A program made the translations under genes and the position numbers. Below are positions 45,786-51,276 of a stretch of DNA of 51,276 nt, one piece after another. The first letter of the stretch is position 1. Every line of letters starts with the position of its first letter. Origin of the DNA: Thelocarpon superellum. Lineage: Eukaryota. Location: the NCBI GenBank assembly GCA_026025795.1, contig JAPEUG010000088.1:1-51276 (forward strand). The letters are read 5' to 3'. Below the pieces are notes generated by a model that was not told the origin of the DNA, made no database searches, and saw only the letters and a program-made list of their open reading frames with translations.

Positions 45786-48604
45786 CTTGCTCGGGCAATC
45801 GAGTACGGCCTGTCAACAGGACTGGCACCCGTATTGGGGGAGAGACTGGGCGGCGCTCTAGCCGAGGAAAAGCTGCGCTCCGACGATGTCCGGCGTCGGG
45901 ATCTGCCGTGATGAGGGCCACGGGGTCGTGGTGTTGACGGCGATGCTGGAGGGAGGTTGATGATGGAGAAAGAGGAGGCCCGAGAGGTGAGGTTGGGGGT
46001 GGTGGTGAGAGAAACGCAGGCTTGCTCCGCACTTGGCGGCTGAGTAGACTCCGTGGCTTCCTGACCTTCAGGTTGCCCACATTACCCACACAGGACACCA
46101 CCGAGACAAAGCGGAGGGCTCGTGCGGGCGCGACGGTCCTCGGCAGGGCGGAAGGCACGAAGGAGGAAGTCGTGGGAAGTGGCCCGACTTAATACCGGGC
46201 CGGGTGTGGGCCTAGCTCGCCCGTCGCGATTCGTTTGGCTCGGCTTGGCAGTTCCACGGAGGAAACGATAGACGTCCCTGCGCGAAGCACCCAACCACGG
46301 TTTGTTCCACCACGCCTAACTAGAAACACTTAACAGCAAGGCCAGTAAGGCCGACCACGCCGATTGGGACTCAACCAGATGGACGGGCAGGCGGCATGAA
46401 GCACGGTCCGAGGGGCGCCCATGAAAACAAGAGGCGGATGGCTGGGATAGAGTGGGGGTGAGGGCGAGCTTAAGCACGAACATGAGCGTAAGCGTAAGCG
46501 TGAGCGTGAGCGTGAACGAAAGCGCGAATGATGTAGCGGTCAGGCCAATGCGGTATCCGGACGTCGGCCACTTGCTCCACTTCGCTCCATCTGCCATACG
46601 AGAACGAGGGCTGCCCCGTCGTGGATGCATGCAGGCCTACCAACTTGCGCAAGATTACGAGTCAGATTGAGCCGGGAACGACAACGGTCGCAGGCTGAGA
46701 TCGCAAGCGGACCGGCCCAGGCCGCGAAGGAGGCCGAGGGCCCGGTGTCTGCCCTTCCTTGCCTGGTTGCACCACAGGCTCCCCTTCTCCGTCCCTGCGC
46801 TTCGCAGATCGGGCCCATGGACGAATCCGAGCAGCGAAGGAGAGGGCATCAACGAATGGCCGCACGCCCACACGCACACGCGCAGGGCATGACGGGTGCA
46901 CCTCACTGACCACTCTGAACCACCGGCGTACCATCGGGTAGTCCTCGGGAAATAGCCGAGGGCACAGGACGCAAGCCTCTCCCGCAAGCAAGTCGCCGCC
47001 GAAGCTTCCCTGTGTTTCCTCTCGCCAGTGGATCTTCCCACGCCGCGCGTACCGGCCACCCCTCCAATTCCGAGCGACGAGTGGTCCAACGCGTTGCAGC
47101 CATGATGGCGACCGCCCACGCTAACATCGCCGCGCCGCCCGCCGTCATCCACGGCTGTCAGATTTCTATTTCCGGTAGTGACGGTGGCCATCCTCCTGCC
47201 AACCACATTCCGCCTTCGTCCAACACCTCCGTTCAGAGACAGATTGCATGACGTCGTGACTACGATTACTCGGTCCACGGGAAGAGGGCAGTCGGGCCAA
47301 CGCATGCGTCTTCTCATGTGCTATCGTGCTCGGCCGCTAAGGCAAGGTCCGGATGTTCCACGGTCGGGTTGGTTTGGATGGATGCAACACGGCGTCATGC
47401 ACGAGATTGGCCGACAGGACCAGTCTTGGGGAGAGATGAATAGTGGAGCCCACAACAACGAGGGAACGAATCGCGACGAGTCGCATGCCGTCAGGTGTGT
47501 GGTTGTGATGCGATGTTAACGCGGTCGAGGGCGGAGAGGGACATGGTCGGTACGGCTGGGGGGCCGTCCAAAGACCACCCTATGTTTCAGCCTTCCGTAG
47601 ACCCCGCCCAGACCCTGCACACAGGGGACGTGACACAGGATCCGCAAAATGAGGGATGAGAGCCCCAACGCCGTCTACTGTCCAGGGCAGGCGGCACTTC
47701 GATCGACGTGCGTCCCGCCGTCCTGAGACGGAGGGCGAGACCAAGCAAGAGGGCGCGACGCTCCTTCGGGTGATTCGAGCACTCGAGAACATACTCAGGC
47801 GAGCCCTTTCGAACGCCCCGGTGAAGCTTCCAGGAGCATTGTTGCCAGCGGTCCTGGACAGCGAGCGTGCCTCCGTTGGGTTAGGCAGCTGTACGTCGGT
47901 GTGTTACGTATGCCCACTGCTGGAAGGTTCGGATTCCCTGCCTGGAGGCAGTTCGTAGCCGCGGTTATCAATTGCGGCCCACTCCTTGGGAAGGATCTCT
48001 GTGTGGTTCAAACCACCAACGCCTCCCTCCCTTTCATACCACCCAACTGCCTCTTTAAATCCAACGGCCAACCCTGCGTTGCGTTATCACGATCGACGTA
48101 GGGCCCTGTACGAAGCCAACGCGGGGAGACCCCAGCACGAGTGCATCCACATCAACGACGACGTCAACATCCACGTCCACGTCCACGTCCAGATTCACGC
48201 TCCCATGCGCGAACGTGACCCGTTCCTTTCCCCTGGCCTACGAGTACTCGTGCCTGGCAGGGGCGTGTGCAAGGTCGATCAGTCAGCCACGCTGAGGAAT
48301 GCAACTAGCTTCCAAATGTCTCATACCGTAGATTCCGGCATTCCAGTGGACCATCACGTGGACGAAAGGAGACGGCTGCGAGCAAGGTACCTTGCTTCTG
48401 ATAGACATAGAAATGACAGCGGGGAGATGCATTGGATATGGATTAACGGCCATTAGATCTACCGCCGCAGTCCTCAGGAGGTCGTTTGACGGGGCCCCCC
48501 ATGTTCCACGCCTCTTTCGTACTTGATCCCCCCTCCACGCCACAGATGTTGATGCTCCCAGTATATGCGCCGACGCAAGGGCCACGAGGCAAATACCCCG
48601 CTGT

Positions 48605-50191
48605 TCATGCAAGAAATCGCCGGACATTTCCCCCAATGTGCTCAAGGTCCAAGAGAAAGGTGTCGTGGCCAAAAAGGCTGATATCTTCCCCCAGCTCGAC
48701 GTGCGTCACCTGCTGGTTCCCTGTGTGTCGCAGAGCGGCAGCCACTTCTCGCTGCTGCCAAGCAGGGAAGAGCATGTCGCTGGCGACGCCCATGACCAGC
48801 GTTGGGTGATTTCGCAAGGGTGCCAGGCCCGCCACGAGATCCGTTGGAGGCGCCCCGGAGCGCGTGGACGGCGCCTCCGCATCGATCCCTGTCGAAGGCT
48901 GTTCCTCATACGCCTTCTCTGGTAAGGTCAGCGAGCACGCCGGATCTGACGGAGCATGACGTGTGCCAGGCGTGAAAGTAGCCATGCTCTCGGCTCGTCG
49001 CGCCTGCATGCGACAGTGATTGGCTTTGCCAAGGTCGAACAGGTCCATGGCTTTGCTGACATACAGCATGCTATTCGCGTCGTACTCCGTAGAGAACTTC
49101 TCGCCGGCGTGATCGAGGTAGGTTTCGATGAGGAAATCCGGACAGAGCGCCGGTGGACGACTGGGGTCTGCGCGTCGTCGACCGAATCGTTGCTCCCACT
49201 CAGGGCCGCTGCGGTAGGTGACCGTGGCAATCTCGCGCGCCAGCTTCATCCCTGCGTGAGGCGGCACGCCGCCGTAGTAGTAGCCTCGAGCCCAATTGGG
49301 ATCCATCATGAGCACCTGGCGCTGCGTGTGACGCATCGCGATGCTGTATGGGTGGCTCCGGGCACAGCCGCTGATGCTGACAATTTTGCCCACCCGCTCG
49401 GGAAAGAGGACACCGGCGGCGAGGCTCTGCATCCCGCCCATGCTGGAACCAACACTGGCATACAGCTTCGACACGCCCAGGGCATCGAGTAGCCGAAATT
49501 GCGCCCGTACCATGTCTTGCATGGTCAGAATGGGGAACCGTGTAGCATATCGCTGCCCATCAGCCGGGTCCACGCTGCTCGGCCCGGTGGAGCCGTAGCA
49601 GCCACCAATGACATTGGTGCAGACAACGAAGTACTTTTCGGTGTCCAGGCTTGAACCGGGACCGATAAACTTCTCCCACCATCCGGGCTGGGGGTTTTCT
49701 GGTGTGGAATGTGCGTGCGACGACGCCGATAGACCGGTGTGGAGGAGGATGGTGTTAGAACGATCAGTGTTCAGTTGTCCCCATGTCTCGTAGGCGATGG
49801 TAAATTGCGGGAGCACTCCACCCCAGTCCAGGAGGAGCGGATCTTTGCAATGATAGTCCAAGTGTTTCCCGGTCGTATATGACGGCTCAGGACCACTTGA
49901 TACGGTGCGAGCTTGCAAAGCCTCAGTCTTGCTCTCCACCGCGTCCAAGCAAGGAAATGTCATGGGAGGGTTGGACGAGTCCGACCGCGGCTGGGTATCG
50001 CCATCTCCGTGCCGCCCATCCCATGCAGCCTCCCTCATCAATCGATCGCTTCCGTGCAAACATCGTTTCGGACGGGTGGCGAGGATCCTGCAACACTCCC
50101 TCTGCCACAGACAAGCGCTGGGACGGGCGGCGGGGAGATGATCACAAATTCGGGCAACAGTCCGTGGGGGGATGAGTCTTGACACGAGCAT
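48605..50191 (-). CDS. cys2: Serine O-succinyltransferase (Cys2/CysA; homoserine acetyltransferase-like fold), mitochondrial-type presequence
   Basis: [21 protein letters not shown] nucleophile motif, YRSGPEW, GHDTFLL, and an Arg-rich N-terminal extension. Intronless. Confidence 0.88.
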   Translation of the reverse strand: MLVSRLIPPRTVARICDHLPAARPSACLWQRECCRILATRPKRCLHGSDRLMREAAWDGRHGDGDTQPRSDSSNPPMTFPCLDAVESKTEALQARTVSSGPEPSYTTGKHLDYHCKDPLLLDWGGVLPQFTIAYETWGQLNTDRSNTILLHTGLSASSHAHSTPENPQPGWWEKFIGPGSSLDTEKYFVVCTNVIGGCYGSTGPSSVDPADGQRYATRFPILTMQDMVRAQFRLLDALGVSKLYASVGSSMGGMQSLAAGVLFPERVGKIVSISGCARSHPYSIAMRHTQRQVLMMDPNWARGYYYGGVPPHAGMKLAREIATVTYRSGPEWEQRFGRRRADPSRPPALCPDFLIETYLDHAGEKFSTEYDANSMLYVSKAMDLFDLGKANHCRMQARRAESMATFTPGTRHAPSDPACSLTLPEKAYEEQPSTGIDAEAPSTRSGAPPTDLVAGLAPLRNHPTLVMGVASDMLFPAWQQREVAAALRHTGNQQVTHVELGEDISLFGHDTFLLDLEHIGGNVRRFLA

Positions 50192-51276
50192 GCTTTGATT
50201 GAACCCGGCTTACCGGGTGACGATTGGCAATACCATCGTGAACGATAGGGCTCCTGTATCCTAAATCAGACTCATTGACCGAGCTTCGGGAGCTCCGCTG
50301 GCGGCATTGCACGTGACAAGCGATATGGTGGGGCCCCTCAACTTCCCCAATTTCCGACCTCCGCCCTCCGACCCCCGCCAATGACGGACGGCAGAAACAT
50401 GACTCGGCGCGGGAACAGAGCATTGTCATATACGGACAAACATGAACCACGCATCGGTCGACAATGCTTCTTTTATCCTGGCACGCTGTATCATCATATG
50501 CCGAGTTTTGCCGATCTTCCGGGCCACTTTCTGAAGAAGATACGATACGTGGTACTACCGTATTCTGCTTTCTGAACCGTTCGTAGTCCCATGTCCCTGC
50601 GTTCTCAAACGCTTTGAGTCCTGTCACACATTGCACTGCATCTGTGGCCTCTCTCGCGAGGCTGTTTAATTCTCTGGTGTGTCTCCAGTGCAATGTATCC
50701 TCGAGACTCCAAATTCGATTAATTCGACCGCTTCAGCGTCCAAACCAGCGTCACCATGCTTTTCAGCGATGGGCTATGGGAGGATCGTTTTACGTGATCC
50801 TACCTCGGCTGATATGGCGCGAGGGTTAGTCAACATCACGTCAGAGAGTGAGCCAATGCCGGTCGTCGACTAGCGACACAGGGTCCCAGGATCCCCTCTC
50901 CGTAACAGCGTCCAATAACGCAAGCGTCCACAGCACCCTCATTATGCCAGCTCCGCTATCGAAAATGCAGGGCGCTCACGAGGAACCAGGGGCAGGGGGA
51001 TTGTCTGATCAGTGGGTCAAGACCTGAAGTGGGAACGGAGTTGAATAGTAAAAGGCATTGCCCCGCTGGCTGCCACTATTGTCGCATGGGAGCAAAGTGG
51101 CGGCAATGTAGCGAGGGCAGTCAAGCGTGCGGGCGTGCAAGCGTCGATCAATCACAAGCCGACACGCCGAGTAGCTAGCTCGCCAGCTGCTCTATCTCGG
51201 CACTCGCGTAGAGAGGCCAGACGGTAGCAGGGAAGCGTCGGGCAGAGCTTGAAGGTTCCGGCGCTTGTCGTCGCCC

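Noticed and set aside
45900..48500. Hidden gene between OCH1 and cys2
   Set aside because: Only short low-complexity ORFs; no tRNA, riboswitch or transposon signature recognised.
846..50191. Stop-codon readthrough (TGA-CTA) giving cryptic peroxisomal signals
   Set aside because: The stop contexts I checked (ATG3, phosphoesterase, NSE4, OCH1, cys2) lack the TGA CTA motif.
50200..50216. RNase P CR-V-like GAACCCGGCTTA
   Set aside because: No matching CR-I/P4 partner; it abuts the cys2 start on the opposite strand.

Overview
GC-rich, gene-dense genomic DNA from a filamentous ascomycete (Pezizomycotina-like), with mostly 48-70 nt spliceosomal introns. It holds about 20 protein-coding genes: ETF-beta (partial), ATG3, TCD1/2, PPN2-like phosphoesterase, NSE4, VPS34, ISY1, MTG1, BOR1-like, PRP38, a degenerate GT8-like protein, VMS1, two tandem orphan 5-TM proteins, a BAR-SH3 protein, a DUF2439 protein, ApsA/Num1, CWC24, a small secreted protein, OCH1 and Cys2-type serine O-succinyltransferase. 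The most interesting element is a non-coding stretch (about 4440-5250) with splice signals and 3-4 box C/D kink-turn elements. One is canonical. Two carry a compensatory C-box/D-box change (GACGA paired with CGGA). Their short antisense segments match spliceosomal U2/U4/U6 snRNAs as I recall them, and I found no rRNA match. A Fot1/pogo-like solo terminal-repeat array lies at about 20066-20185. Gene identities come from recognising motifs in the translations; no database searches were run.
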